From Octopus sinensis (lineage: Eukaryota), in assembly GCF_006345805.1 (NCBI RefSeq), contig NC_043011.1, positions 10,974,001 to 11,038,000 of the forward strand: 64,000 nucleotides of DNA, read 5' to 3'. Below are positions 11,998 to 24,287 of the stretch, piece by piece. Position numbers and translations under genes: made by a program. Numbering within the stretch: the stretch's first letter is position 1; every line of letters starts with the position of its first letter. The notes beneath the pieces were generated by a model, which worked only from the letters and a program-made list of their open reading frames with translations, did not search any database and had not been told where the DNA came from.

Positions 11998-12175
11998 TGA
12001 CAACCGGTGTGGTGTGTTTATGTCCCTGTAACTGAGCCCTTCAGCAAAGCAGCCCGATAGGAAAAGTACAAGAGTTAACAAAAAAGAAATGAATACTGGA
12101 ATCAATACATTTGGCTAAAAAATTTTCAAGACGGTGCCCCAGCATGGCTACAATCTAATGACTGAAACAGGTAAA
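11998..12175 (+). mobile_element. SINE family A, 3' half
   Basis: tgcttgacaaccggtgtgg...ggtgccccagcatggc...gactgaaacag. Confidence 0.65.
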
Positions 12176-12469
12176 TGATAATATATATATATATATATAT
12201 AACAATTTAATAAATAAAACATATGCATACATACATACATACATATATGTACATACCTACATCTATATGTATATATACATGCATATATGAGTACAGGACA
12301 CCACAAATAAATGTAGAACACAACGAGAAACGAAAACATAAAATCAAACAAGGAAACGGACTTTTTTTAACAACGAAAAAACAGAGTACAAGACAAACAA
12401 CACAAGGAACATTCCTCTTCTTCAGCTGCCCCTGTTTCGACTCAATGCGTGTTTTGAAGGTGTGTGTGT

Positions 12470-12715
12470 CTCACTTAAAAGCACCCAGTCCACACTATAA
12501 AGTGGTTGGTGTTCAGAAGGGCATCCAGCTGTAAAAACCTTGCCATAACTGATCACGCCTTTCCTGGTGCCACATAAAAAGCACTAAATATACTATGCTT
12601 AGAAGCTGGTGTTAGGAAGGGCATTCAGCTGTAAAAATCCTGACAAAACAGTCACAGAAATCTGATGTAGGCTTCAGCTTGGACAGCTCTTATGGTGCCA
12701 TCCCACCCATGCACA
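12470..12715 (+). mobile_element. RTE 3' UTR repeat fragments
   Basis: aaaagcaccc...gttggtgttcagaagggcatccagctgtaaaa occurs twice. Confidence 0.6.
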
Positions 12716-12819
12716 TATATGCATATATACACCTTCCTATCATACACACATATACAAATATATGTATATCCGTATAAATGAAGGAGACATGTGCATGAAA
12801 ACATAGACACAGAAAAATT

Positions 12820-13430
12820 ATCTGGTTCACACTCCCTTATTCCCCCGAAGTAACCTTTAATACAGGTAAATATTTCTCGTCATTTATAGATAGACATTTT
12901 CCAATACATCATAAATACAGGAAACTCTTTAATAGGCGTAACCTAAAAAATTAGTTTTAGTTCAACCCCAAACTTTAAAAACATAATTTCACACAATGCA
13001 ACACAACACGAAGCTGGCTGTTCCTGTGCTTGCTAAATGGGGGCCATTATTTATGAAGTCACCATAAATTCTACGAACGCTAATAACACAGTGTCATCCA
13101 AGAGATATGGGGGTCTCACAGAGGGAAATTTCAAAGCAAAGTTCAAGAAACACACCTTAAGCTTCAGACACTGGAATAAACGAAAAACTACCAAATTATC
13201 CAGTTATATATGGTTTCTAAAAGAACAAAGTATCGACTACAAAATTTACGGGAAGATCTTAGCTAAGTGTAAACCGATACCAATAGTAGGAGCAAGTGTG
13301 GTCTTTCTAATATGGAACGATGGCTTATCTGGAAAAGTTCCTCGAACCCCACTACATGTCTAAATTCAAGAACTGAACTTTTTGGATCATGTCCATATAT
13401 GACAAAATACTGTTACGGTTTTGGGCCCCC
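12820..13430 (+). mobile_element. Penelope-like linker and GIY-YIG endonuclease fragment
   Basis: WFTLPYS...HFPIHHKYRKLFNRRNL, then IIYEVTI...YGGLTEGNFKAKFKKHTLSFRH...TTKLSSYIWFLKE. Confidence 0.8.
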
Positions 13431-13699
13431 CAAGATCACGGCTAGGACCCACATTTTTACTACGTTGCTGCACAAGCTTCCCATATGTCTCCTTTTAATT
13501 TTCTATTTTTATATATATTTTTCGTTTTTTCTTTTTCCTTTTTAATTGTGTGAATGTGTACTTGTGTGAGAATATGTATATGTATGTATATATTTTATAT
13601 GTATATGTGTGTGTGTGTATGTGTATGCATATGAGTGTAAGACTGTCCAGTACATAAGTGCGACTTTTATGCACACATCCCCTTCATTTATATGGATAT

Positions 13700-14500
13700 G
13701 CATGTTTGTATATGTGTGTGATAGGAGGCCCAATGTTTGAAGGTCATGCTTGACCACTCATCCCATGTCTTCCTGGGTTTACCTCTACCCCGGATTCCTT
13801 CAATTGTTTGGTAGTGGCACTTCTTCACACATCTCTCCTCATCCACCTGCAGTACATGACCATACCAGCACAAATGTTTCTCTTGCATGCCACATCAGAT
13901 GCTTCTTATGTCCAGCATTTCTCTCAGGGCGCTTACACTCTGTCGTGTGTGCACACTGACATTGCACACATCCAGTGGATCATGGTAGCTTCATTTCTTT
14001 CAAGCCTACGCATGTCTTCCGCAGTCACAGCCCTTGTTTCACTGCCATGAAGCATGGCAGTTCGCACACATGTGTTGTACAATCTACCTTTCACTCTGAG
14101 CAAGAGACCCTTTGTCACCTGTAGGGGTAGAAGCTTTCTAAACTTTGCCCAGGCTATTCGTATTCATGTGATGACACTCTCTGAGCATCCACCTCCACTA
14201 CTAACTTGGTCACCTAGGTAGCGGAAACTATCAACTACTTTTAGTTTCTCCCCCTGGAGTGTGATGGAATCTGTTTTCTCAGAATCTGTGGTGTCTATTG
14301 CCGCACATGAAAGCTATCTTCTCGGTTAATTTTCCTTTGCTGTTGCTGCACTTCATATGCGTCCATAGCTTACACAGGGTACATCTTATGGAGTTTCTTC
14401 CTACACCTTTTCTACAGATCGAGCAAGGCCACCTACCTGAAGGGGTATGTGGTGAGTTTGCCTTCCTACTTACTATAACTTTTATGTGCCACCGGCACGA
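13700..14500 (-). mobile_element. RTE LINE fragment (RT C-terminal half including the PHD-like insert)
   Basis: WPCSICRKGVGRNSIRCTLCKLWTH, LRVKGRLYNTCVRTAMLHGSE, RGRGKPRKTWDE. Confidence 0.88.
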
Positions 14501-16435
14501 GGGCCAGTCAGACAGTACTGGCAATGGCCACACACAAATGATGTTTTTTACGTGCCACCAGCACGGAAGCCAGTTAGCTGCTCTGGCAACGATCATGCTC
14601 GGATGGTGCTCTTAGCTCTCTACTAGCATCGAATTTGATTTCGATTCCACTTACCTCAACAGGTCTTCGTAAACAGAGTTTTGTGTCCCAAGGAGGAAAG
14701 GTATGCATAAGTGGACTGGCTACATCCCAGGTAAAGGTCACGGGTTATGGTCTCACTTGTCCTGCTGGGTCTTCTCATGCACGGCATACTTCCAAAGGTC
14801 TCGGTCACTAGTCATTGCCTCGGTGAGACCTAATGTTTGAAGTTCGTGCTTCACCACCTCATCCCAGGTCTTCCTGGGTCTACCTCTTCCACAGGTTCCC
14901 TCAACCGCTAGGGTGTGGCACTTTTTCACACAACTATATTCATCCATTCTCGCCACATGACCATACCAGCGCAATCATCTCTCTTGCACACCACAACTGA
15001 TGCTTCTTAGGTCCAACTTTTCTCTCAAGGTACTTACACTCTGTCGAGTATGCACACTGACATTACACATCCATCGGAGCATACTGGCTTCATTCCTTGC
15101 AAGCTTACGCATGTTCTCAGCAGCCACAGCCCATGTTTCACTGCTATGTAGCATGGCTGTTCGTACACATGCGTCATACAGTCTACCATTTACTCTGAAC
15201 AAGAGGCCCTTTGTCACCAGCAGAGGTAAGAGCTCTCTGAACTTTGCCAGGCTATTCTTATTCAAGCAGCTACACTTTCAGTGCACCCTCCCCTTCTACT
15301 GACTTGGTCACCTAGGTAATGGAAGCTGTCATCTACTTCTAGTTTTTCTCCCTGGAATGTGACGGAAACTGTTTCCTGTACGTTTTCAGTGTTTATTGCT
15401 CCTGAGCATCTGCTACATACAAAAACTATCTTCCTAGTTAGCCTTCCTTTGAAATTGCTGCACCTTTTGTGTCCATAGCTTACACTGGGTACATCTTATG
15501 GAGTTTCTACCTACACCTCTACTACAGATCGAGCAGGGCCATCTACCTGAAGGGATTTGTGGTTTGCCTGCCTTCCTACTTATGAGGACTTTGGTTTTAG
15601 CTAGGTTGACTCTAAGGCCTTTTGATTCTAATCCTTGTTTCCACACCTGAAACTTTTCCTCTTGTTCTGATAGTGACTCAGCAATTAGAGCAAGGTCATC
15701 AGCATAGAGGAGCTCCCAGGAGCATCCTGTCTTGAATTCTTCCGTTGTTGTCTGGAGGTCAATGATAAATAGGAGGGGGATGAGGACTGAACCCTGGTGG
15801 ACCCTTACCTCTACCCAGAATTCTTCACTGTACTCATTGCCAACCCTCACCTTACTGACAGTGTCCCTGTACATGGCTTGCACAGCTCTCACTAACCATT
15901 CATCTATTCCTGGTTTCCTCATTGACCACCAGATAAGGGATCGGGAGACCCTGTCAAAGTCAGGTACAGAGATTTATCTTTGGCTAGGTATTTCTCCTGC
16001 AGCTGTCTTACCAGGAATATAGCATCGGTGGTACTTTTCCCTGGCACGAAACCAAACTGCATCTCATCTAAACTGACTCTCTCCCTAATTAGTTGAGCTA
16101 TGACCCTCTCCGTGACTTTCATTACCGGATTCAACAACTTGATACCTCTGTAATTATTTGTATCTAATGTGTCACCTTTACCTTTGTAACAATTGACTAT
16201 AGTGCCGCTGCACCAGTCATTGGGTACAACTCCTTCGTGTATCACCTGGTTAACTATACGGGTGACTAGGCTATAGCCAACACTGCCAGATATTTTGAGC
16301 ATCTCTGCAGTGATTCCTGATGAGCTGGGGGCTTTCCCTGTCTTCATACTCTTAATTGCTTTATCTACCAAGGTACTATTATCAACTTGGATAGCTGGTC
16401 CCTCTGTTGGGTCGATTTTCAGCAGACTGTCTTTC
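14500..16435 (-). mobile_element. RTE LINE, 5'-truncated, RT through 3' UTR
   Basis: KTGKAP..GITAEMLK, NYRGIKLL, QFGFVPGKSTTDAIF, HQGSVL, LLYADDLALI, PHD-like insert, RGRPRKTWDEVVK; stop at 14753. Confidence 0.92.
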
Positions 16436-16448
16436 TCCCATTCATTTT

Positions 16449-16493
<45 letters not shown>

Positions 16494-16905
16494 CAGGCGC
16501 AGGAGTGGCTGTGTGGTAAGTAGCTTGCTAACCAACCACATGGTTCCGGGTTCAGTCCCACTGCGTGGCATCTTGGGCAAGTGTCTTCTGCTATAGACCC
16601 GGGCCGACCAATGCCTTGTGAGTGGATTTGGTAGACGGAAACTGAAAGAAGCCTGTCGTATATATGGATATATATATATAAGTGTGTGTGTATATGTTTG
16701 TGTGTCTGTTTGTCCCCCTAGCATTGCTTGACAACCGATGCTGGTGTGTTTATGTCCCCGTCACTTAGCGGTTCGGCAAAAGAGACAGATAGAATAAGTA
16801 CTGGGCTTACAAAGAATAAGTCCCGGGGTCGATTTGCTCGACTGAAGGCGGTGCTCCAGCATGGCCGCAGTCAAATGACTGAAACAAGGAAAAGAGTAAA
16901 AAAAG
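16494..16905 (+). mobile_element. Full-length SINE family A
   Basis: Head ggcgcaggagtggctgtgtggtaag (A box), gggttcagtccc (B-box-like), CORE-like cttgggcaagtgtctt, internal (TA)/(TG) tract, tail gactgaaacaag-aaaagag. Confidence 0.9.
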
Positions 16906-17196
16906 AGAGAAAGAGTATATGTATGTATGTATGTGTGTGTGTGTGTGTATATATATATGTGTTCTAAAATAAGTTCACAATTGAAATAACTGGCATTATT
17001 ACAAGGGGTTAGATGATAATATTAAGGAGGAAAGGCTAATTGGCATAAGATGTAGGTAGCTGATATGGGTGGGTAGGAGGTGTAAAATCTAAACTTAGAA
17101 TTTGGGTGAAAGGAGGGAATATTTAAATGAATACCTACAATAACCCCAGCAATGACTAACAAGACTAATTTAGGGTTAAACTAAATATCCATCATT

Positions 17197-17430
17197 AGGC
17201 GGCGAGCTGGCAGAAACGGTAGCACACCGGGCGAAATGCGTAGCCGTATTTCATCTGCCGTTACGTTCTGAGTTCAAATTCCGCCGAGGTTGACTTTGCC
17301 TTTCATCCTTTCGGGGTCGATAAATTAAGTACCAGTTATGCACTGGGGTCGATGGAATCGACTTAATCGCTTTGTCTGTCCTTGTTTGTCCCCTCTGTGT
17401 TTAGCCCCTTGTGGGTAGTAAAGAAATATA
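17197..17430 (+). mobile_element. tRNA-derived SINE family B (OK-like)
   Basis: ggcggcgagctggcagaa (A box), gagttcaaattcc (B box), gactttgcctttcatcctttcggggtcgataaa central domain, tail agtaaagaaata. Confidence 0.9.
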
Positions 17431-17788
17431 TATATCCATCATTTTACTATCAGGGGCTACTATTTGTATGCTGTGTGGTTATTGGTACTATTATGGGGTA
17501 GTATAAATGTTTCTGAAGTTATTTATATTTATCAAACTTATTTTAGAACCGTATAGTTTAATACCCCTAATAACTAAATTTTACTTTATTTTATTTAAAT
17601 TTTAACTTTATCTTTTTTTTGTTTTCTTTACCCTCTTGCACCTTTTGTACCATGGATGTATTTGTTGGCACTTGCTGTAATTTGGACTTAATCCTCTATT
17701 AACTTTTTGTTCTTCTTCCACTTATTGTTCCTCCTCCACTTTAAATATATAATAATATTTAGGAACAACATGACCCTCATGTTTGATT

Positions 17789-18170
17789 TACTCTTTTACT
17801 TGTTTCAGTCATTTGACTGCGGCCATGCTGGAGCACCGCCTTTAATCGAGCAACTCAACCCCGGGACTTATTCTTTGTAAGCCCATTACTTATTCTATCG
17901 GTCTCTTTTGCCGAACCGCTAAGTGACGGGGACATAAACACACCAGCATCGGTTGTCAAGCAATGCTAGGGGGACAAACACAAACATACATGCACACACA
18001 TATATATACGACGGACTTCTTTCAGTTTCCGTCTACCAAATCCACTCACAAGGGTTTGGTCGGCCCGAGGCTCTAGTAGAAGACACTTGCCCAAGGTGCC
18101 ACGCAGTGGGACTGAACCCGGAACCATGTGGTCGGTAAACAAGCTACTTACCACACAGCCACTCCTGCGC
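17789..18170 (-). mobile_element. Full-length SINE family A
   Basis: Reverse complement of the 16494-16905 family. Confidence 0.9.
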
Positions 18171-18246
18171 ATTTATTTTATTTTATCTTATTTTATTACA
18201 TTTTATTTTATCTTATTTTATTTTACTCATTAGTTACCTTCTTGTA

Positions 18247-19537
18247 CGAGGGACGTTCAATAAGTAATGCCTCTGACCCACTTGCACTTGTTTGATCTAG
18301 CTGAAATTTTGCATGTGCAATCATTTATATCTCTATAGAGTAAGTGGCAAATTACAGCACTGAATTAATTGTGGTTTCTGATTTACATGTGTTTGAACCG
18401 AGTCAAGTGTTAAATGGAGCCTGTTGAGTGTCGAGCAGTGATCCGGTTTTTGTATTTGAAAGGACGCTCACCACGGGAGACTTTTGATGAAATGAAAGTA
18501 ACTTATGGTGATGATGCCCCATCATATGACCTTGTAAAATGCTGGCATCGTGAATTCAAACATGGTCGGAACTCTGTGGAAACAGCTCCCAGATCTGGTC
18601 GCCCCCTTCTGCCATTGATGAGGCATCTGTCCGTCAAGTTGAGGCTGCCATTTTGGAAGATCGACGCATAACTATTCACCAAATAGCCCATGAGGTCAAG
18701 ATTAGTACCGGGTCTGTGGAAACTATCATTCATGACCATTTGCATATGCAAAAGGTATCTGCCAGATGGATTCCCAGGTTGCTCACGCCTTTCCAGAAGC
18801 AAGAACGCGTCGAGTGCTCGAGGGTGAATTTGGAGATGTGCCAAGAAGATGAGTCAAAATTTTTCAAAAGACTGATTACACAGGATGAAACCTGGGTCCA
18901 TCACGATGATCCAGAGACCAAAGCCCAGTCAATGCAGTGGAAGCACCGTGACTCACCCCCTCCAAAGAAGGCAAGGGTGCAGCCCTCCGCTGGCAAGGTC
19001 ATGCTCACAGTCTTCTGGGACCAGGACGGCGTAGTGATGACAGATTTCCTGGCAAAGGGTATCACAATTGCAGGAGCCTATTATGCTTCACTTTTGAGGA
19101 AATTAAGAGAAGTTATCAAAATCAAGAGGCGAGGCAAGATCAGCAAAGGCATCCTCCTCCTGCAGGACAACGCTCCGGTCCACAACTCGCTTGTCGCCAG
19201 ATCAAAAGCACAGGCATATGGCTATGAACTCCTCCCCCATCCCCCTACTTTCCTGACCTTGCACCCTCTGATTTTCACCTCTTCCAAGTCATGAAGTTGT
19301 TTTTGAAAGGAAAGCGTTTCCCAGATGATGCAGCCTTGATTTCTGAAGTCGCGTTCAGGTTGGAGGACCAAGCTGGGGTCTTCTATAAAAACGGGCTCCA
19401 GAGCTGCATCAATCAATGGGAGAAATGCATAACTCTGGGTGGTTCCTATGTAGAAAAAGACTAATAACTGTGCCAAGTTTCGTTGCTCTACTGCTATGGG
19501 AAGTGGGTCAGGGGCATTACTTATTGAACGCCCCTCG
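18247..19537 (+). mobile_element. Full-length mariner DNA transposon (1291 bp, DD34D, irritans-like), transposase frameshifted twice
   Basis: TA TSDs at 18245-18246 and 19538-19539. 37-bp TIRs cgaggg(a/g)cgttcaataagtaatgcc(t/c)ctgacccactt. Transposase 18414-19464 with WIPRLL, ITQDETW, LQDNAP and HPPY(F)PDLAPSD. Confidence 0.95.
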
Positions 19538-19879
19538 TACTATACATTGTATGGATCTGCATGCACTTGGTACTATGGTAGTTGTGCTTACCAGGAGATA
19601 TCTGTAAAATTTGGTTTTACTATGTAGGACTGAAAGTGCAACCTGGTGATTGAAATAGTCCGTCTATATCCACTTAGAGTCGATATAATTTTTAAATTTT
19701 TAAATTATTAAATTTAATGATATGAGCAATCTAATTTTCAGCTATTTAAATACATATTAAGAATATTTAGTGAATTGTTTGAATATGAAAACTTTATTCA
19801 TAGTACTAATTTGTTAGTGGATCTAGTATAACTGCACCCAAATAAGGGTCAGTATAATCTTTTAATTATTATATTTAAT

Positions 19880-20085
19880 GATCGTGGCCGTTTGCCAGCC
19901 TGCACTGGTTCCTGTGCCGGTGGCACTTAAAAAACACCCACTATACTCACGGAGTGGTTGGCGTTAGGAAGGGCATCCAGCTGTAGAAACACTGCCAAAT
20001 CAGACTGGAGCCTGGTGCAGCCTCCATGGTCGAACCGTCCAACCCATGCTAGCATGGAAAACTGACGTTAAATGATGATGATAGG
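19880..20085 (+). mobile_element. RTE 3' UTR repeat with (GAT)n tail
   Basis: gtgccggtggcac...ggagtggttggcgttaggaagggcatccagc...gttaaatgatgatgat. Confidence 0.85.
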
Positions 20086-20579
20086 AACCATCTAACTTTA
20101 ATGATAATGTAACGCTTATTAAGCATATTTAGTATACTGTTTAAACTTGAGAATTATATCCATGATAAGAATTAACATGCAATTTGGTCTTAAATATTAA
20201 CTGCTTAAATGTTAATGGCTTTTTAATTGTGCATTTTAGTGTACCTATATGATAGAATTTTCTTAGGTACCTGTATGCATCTAATTATTACCATAATTTG
20301 CTATATATGATGTTGAGTCAAATATTATTTTTGAGCAGTTTTTTTTTATATATAGATATACCTGTACTAGTTACCTCCCCTTAACTATAAGTGTAGTCTA
20401 ATGCCCATCTGACTGTTTTTCCCATGTATGTTGTATCAATGAGCTGCAGTAGGGAATAGGCAGCCCCATACCCTTTACTTACTTTCTTATTTATTTTCAT
20501 CTTTGTTTATATATCCATTGAAACAGTTTTAACTTATGCCTTCCATATAAAATTATCAATCATCTTACAAACAATAACT

Positions 20580-20955
20580 CTGAGCACCTTTTCAAACTCC
20601 CCCTGTCTAACACCCATGGACATGTTTACAAAGTCAGAAAACAGCACAGCTCCCATGACTTTCGGAAACATTTTTTCACTCTGAGAGTTGCTGAAGCATG
20701 GAACACACTGCCGGCATCAGTTGTTAGTTGTCGGAGCACTGCATCCTTCAAAACTTCCATGCTTCCTGAGATTCGCCAACACTACACCTGATTTTCTCCC
20801 CTCCATACACACACAAGCATGTATCTGACTCATACACTGTTCGCTTTCCAGACATTTGTACATTACTGCATATACTTTATATGCACTTTTTGACAAGTTG
20901 TGGTGCACCTGAGCACTGTATACAATAATTTCATTATTATTATTATTATTATTAT
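20580..20955 (+). mobile_element. CR1-clade LINE 3' end with (ATT)n tail
   Basis: SNTHGHVYKVRKQHSSHDFRKHFFTLRVAEAWN...HYT*, then cacctgagcactgtatacaataatttcattattatt. Confidence 0.88.
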
Positions 20956-21799
20956 AATTGACGAATTGTAGGGATCACAGGACTTAGACCTGTCCCGTTG
21001 TGGACAAGTGGGGTTCTCAGTAATATTCCTGTGAGTACGCTATCTTAAGCACCCTACGGTAATGTTTTGGATACATTCAACTTGAGATTTTTCATTAACA
21101 TAGATAATGCCCTTTGATAGTCATGTTAGTCATGTAAGTTTCCTTGTATTGTTATTTTTTTGATAATTTCTTTTCATAAATTTTAAAACATCTTGGTTCC
21201 CCCTTTATTTTGAAATTACCTGTAAAAAAAATTTTTTTTGCTCCCTAGATCAGTGCTAGTTCACTCTCTTACCTACAGATTTCATAGCCTTTTAATAGCT
21301 TTTAATATTTTGGGCTTCTAGACTTCTTTTCTAGGCCATGTTTTCTTTCCTATTTCTTCTTCCTTTTGTTTATTTTGGATGCTTTTGTTTTGTTCTGATG
21401 AAGCTCTGTGCCCTGGTTCAAATGTCCTATGGAGATGAAGAATTTTATTTCAGCAATTATTTATAGACATTGATTGGCATCGGATGCAGAAACGGCTGTA
21501 AGATTTGTTATGTCACATAAATGTTGTGTCACATAAATGTCACAGAAATGTTATGTCATGTTTTGTATTAAATAATACGCTATAATAATAAGCTATAAAT
21601 GTGGTCTAATTGATGTGTTTGTTGATCTGAGGTTTTCTCCATTTTCTGATTATATATATTTGTTTCCTGATAAATTTTCGTTTATTCTGTTGTTACTTAT
21701 ACTCTATGAGCATAGTGTGCATGCATACCCATGCCCAGGAATAGCACAGGTAACTGGTACCGATAGTATATACAGATATATATATATGTATATATGTGT

Positions 21800-22015
21800 G
21801 TGTGTGTGTGTGTGTATAAAGGGAAAGTTTACGAAAAAAAACAAAAGACGAAGACAGGTGGTGTAGAAACAAACAGATGTATTAGTATAGCACTCAGGAA
21901 TAGAAAAAGTCTTTTATGTTTCGAGCCTACGCTCTTCTACAGAAAGGTACACAGAAAAAACAAGGAGAGAAAAAAATGTGTGTAGTAGCTAACGATCTAT
22001 CATGGGATTGCACAG
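21800..22015 (-). repeat. Non-autonomous Penelope-associated repeat with a hammerhead-like motif
   Basis: Minus strand ctttctgtagaagagcgtaggctcgaaacataaaag (21911-21946); family assignment inferred. Confidence 0.5.
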
Positions 22016-22109
22016 CAAAGAACCTGGCTACATCACTTCCAGAGTCATATCCATCTCTACCAACATAAAAGAATGCCACACTTGATGCACCCAGGTGCCC
22101 ACCACTGGC

Positions 22110-22410
22110 ATCAGCACAGATGTCATGTCGATATACTTTAAAACCATCAAAAGACTGTTACAGCACAGTAATAAAACCAAAATTACCTTCTTGAGAGACC
22201 TTGTGGCATACAATCAAGTCTTATGCATTGTTTTCACTGAAATTCACTTGACGTTGCATATGCAGAAATGCATGTACCAAAGTATGCTGTACTGCAAAGT
22301 GACAGAAACGGCAGGAGTCGTGGTGGAATTGCAATGAACTTCCATGAAGATTTGCTGACCCAGATCCTTTTGTTATCCTATAACAGCCTATAAGAAGCAC
22401 CCAAAATTTA
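22110..22410 (+). mobile_element. CR1-like endonuclease fragment
   Basis: SNKTKITFLRDLV...IVFTEIHL and, in a shifted frame, SDRNGRSRGGIA. Confidence 0.55.
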
Positions 22411-22782
22411 TCCAATCTAAACTTCTATAAAGCAGATTGAAAATCAATTGAGAAGGTGACCATTACATATGATAAGGCCTTGGTTTGCCTGGGACTATAG
22501 TTGAAGACACTTGCCCAAGGTGCCATGTAATGGGACATATATATATGTGTATATAGTAGATATATTTTGGATATTTTCAGATTTGGGAGAATTTTTATAT
22601 TTGCACTTATAAAATGGAACAACTTGGGGACAGGACCAAGACTAAACACAATATCCATTTAAAAGTTTACAGTACATGTACTCCATTTGTTTTTTTAGTT
22701 TCTATTATACAGGTCTTATGTTTCATCAGCTGTAGTCAGTGTTTTTCAAGCCAATAAAGCAAGAACCTAATACAGTATATAT

Positions 22783-22815
<33 letters not shown>

Positions 22816-23037
22816 GCTGTATTAAAATTTAAGACATCTTGTGTGTATATGTATCATCTACCTATCCACTTGTCTGTCTAAATGACATATAGCTATGTTT
22901 AAATTGTAGCTCAATCTTTCAATCAAGTCTCTTAGAATTTTGAACAAGTTTATTAGCAATTGTTTTCATACCTGTAGAGTTTTATAGTTTTAGATATATA
23001 TATATAGTTTTATTAGCAATTTTTTCATACCTGTATA

Positions 23038-23069
<32 letters not shown>

Positions 23070-23074
<5 letters not shown>

Positions 23075-23285
23075 GTGACATTCAAAATGTGACTGCGTGT
23101 GTACCGTTGGCGATTTTTTTCCACTGTCTTCCCTTCTCTGGATCTTTCCTTCTCCTATGTTTCCGACGAAGAGCTCCACTCGAAACATTAAACCCTCCTT
23201 CTTTCCTGAGCGTCCAATAATACTATATTTGTTCCATGTCCTCGCGTTGTTGTGTTTTTTTGTGCTTTCATGTTTGGATTAACTT
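23070..23285 (+). repeat. Non-autonomous Penelope-associated repeat with a hammerhead-like motif
   Basis: gtttccgacgaagagctccactcgaaacattaaac (23159-23193); family assignment inferred. Confidence 0.5.
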
Positions 23286-23340
23286 TATATATATATAGTT
23301 ATATATATTTTCATCCTTACATTCTTTTATATTTTCTCAG

Positions 23341-23480
23341 GCATGGTAACAAGGAGGTGTTTTCTTGCAAAGGGATTAAGTATGCTGTTGATTATTTCAA
23401 AAAAAGAGGACATAAGAAAATTGTGGTTTTTGTGCCACATTGGCGCAAAGAGGCTTCACGAAAAGATGCACCAATCATTG
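23341..23480 (+). CDS. ZC3H12: Regnase-1-like coding exon 2 (PIN/NYN domain)
   Basis: ctcAG|g [47 protein letters not shown]|gtgagt. Confidence 0.95.
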
Positions 23481-23745
23481 GTGAGTGTTCTACTATTGTT
23501 TTGTATCCAGTTGTTTACCACTTCCATATCCCATCAGCCATACATCAGTGCTTACTATATCTGTACCCATAACTTCCTTTCGTCTTTCACTCTCTCTCTC
23601 TCTTTTACTCTGTTCTGTTGATATTATCAATCCACACATCACTGTGTGATTATGTGTGTGTGTGTCTGTATTGCTATATATGTGTGTGTGTAGACGCCTG
23701 GATTGATGTATGTGTGTGTATATGTGTATACGTGTATATTGTTTT

Positions 23746-23980
23746 AAGGCAGCGAGCTGGCAGAAACGTTAGCACGCCGGGCGAAATGCTTTGCAGTATT
23801 TCGTCTGTCGTTACGTTCTGAGTTCAAATTCCACTGAAGTCGACTTTGCCTTTCATCCTTTCGGGGTCGATAAATTAAGTACCAGTTTCGCACTGGGGTC
23901 CATGTAATCGACTTAATCCCTTTGTCTGTCCTTGTTTGTCCCTTCTATGTTTAGCCCCTTGTGGGTAGTAAAGAAATATA
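23746..23980 (+). mobile_element. SINE family B
   Basis: Same sequence family as 17197-17430. Confidence 0.9.
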
Positions 23981-24287
23981 TATGTGTATATTGTTAGTGT
24001 GTGCATCTATGAAAATATGTTTATGGGAATTGATTGTGAATATGAAAAGTCAAGTGTTCATTCAATGTCCAACTACATATGTTATAATCTTAAGCAAAGT
24101 AAACATGCCTTTGTTGATTGAGAAATAGTGAAAATGTTAAGGCATAAAATTTGATGTAATATTTTAAATGTTTAATTTCCATCATTTTGAGGATATCAAC
24201 AATTTGGCCAATATTTTTGCAAGCATGTGTGCATTTCAGTTACTTCTATTTCATTTACTTATTATATTTTTTTCATTTTTGTCCCAG

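Noticed and set aside
17197-17290. tRNA-like sequences (also 16494, 24604, 41350-41425, 62887)
   Set aside because: A and B boxes are present, but they continue into SINE bodies and lack a complete acceptor stem; not called as tRNA genes.
18414-19464. Domesticated SETMAR-like gene
   Set aside because: Has TIRs and TA TSDs, no SET-domain exon, and frameshifts: an ordinary transposon copy.
21390-21505. ctgatgaag ... gcagaaacggctgta as a hammerhead with long helix II
   Set aside because: The core words are present but stems I and II could not be paired convincingly.
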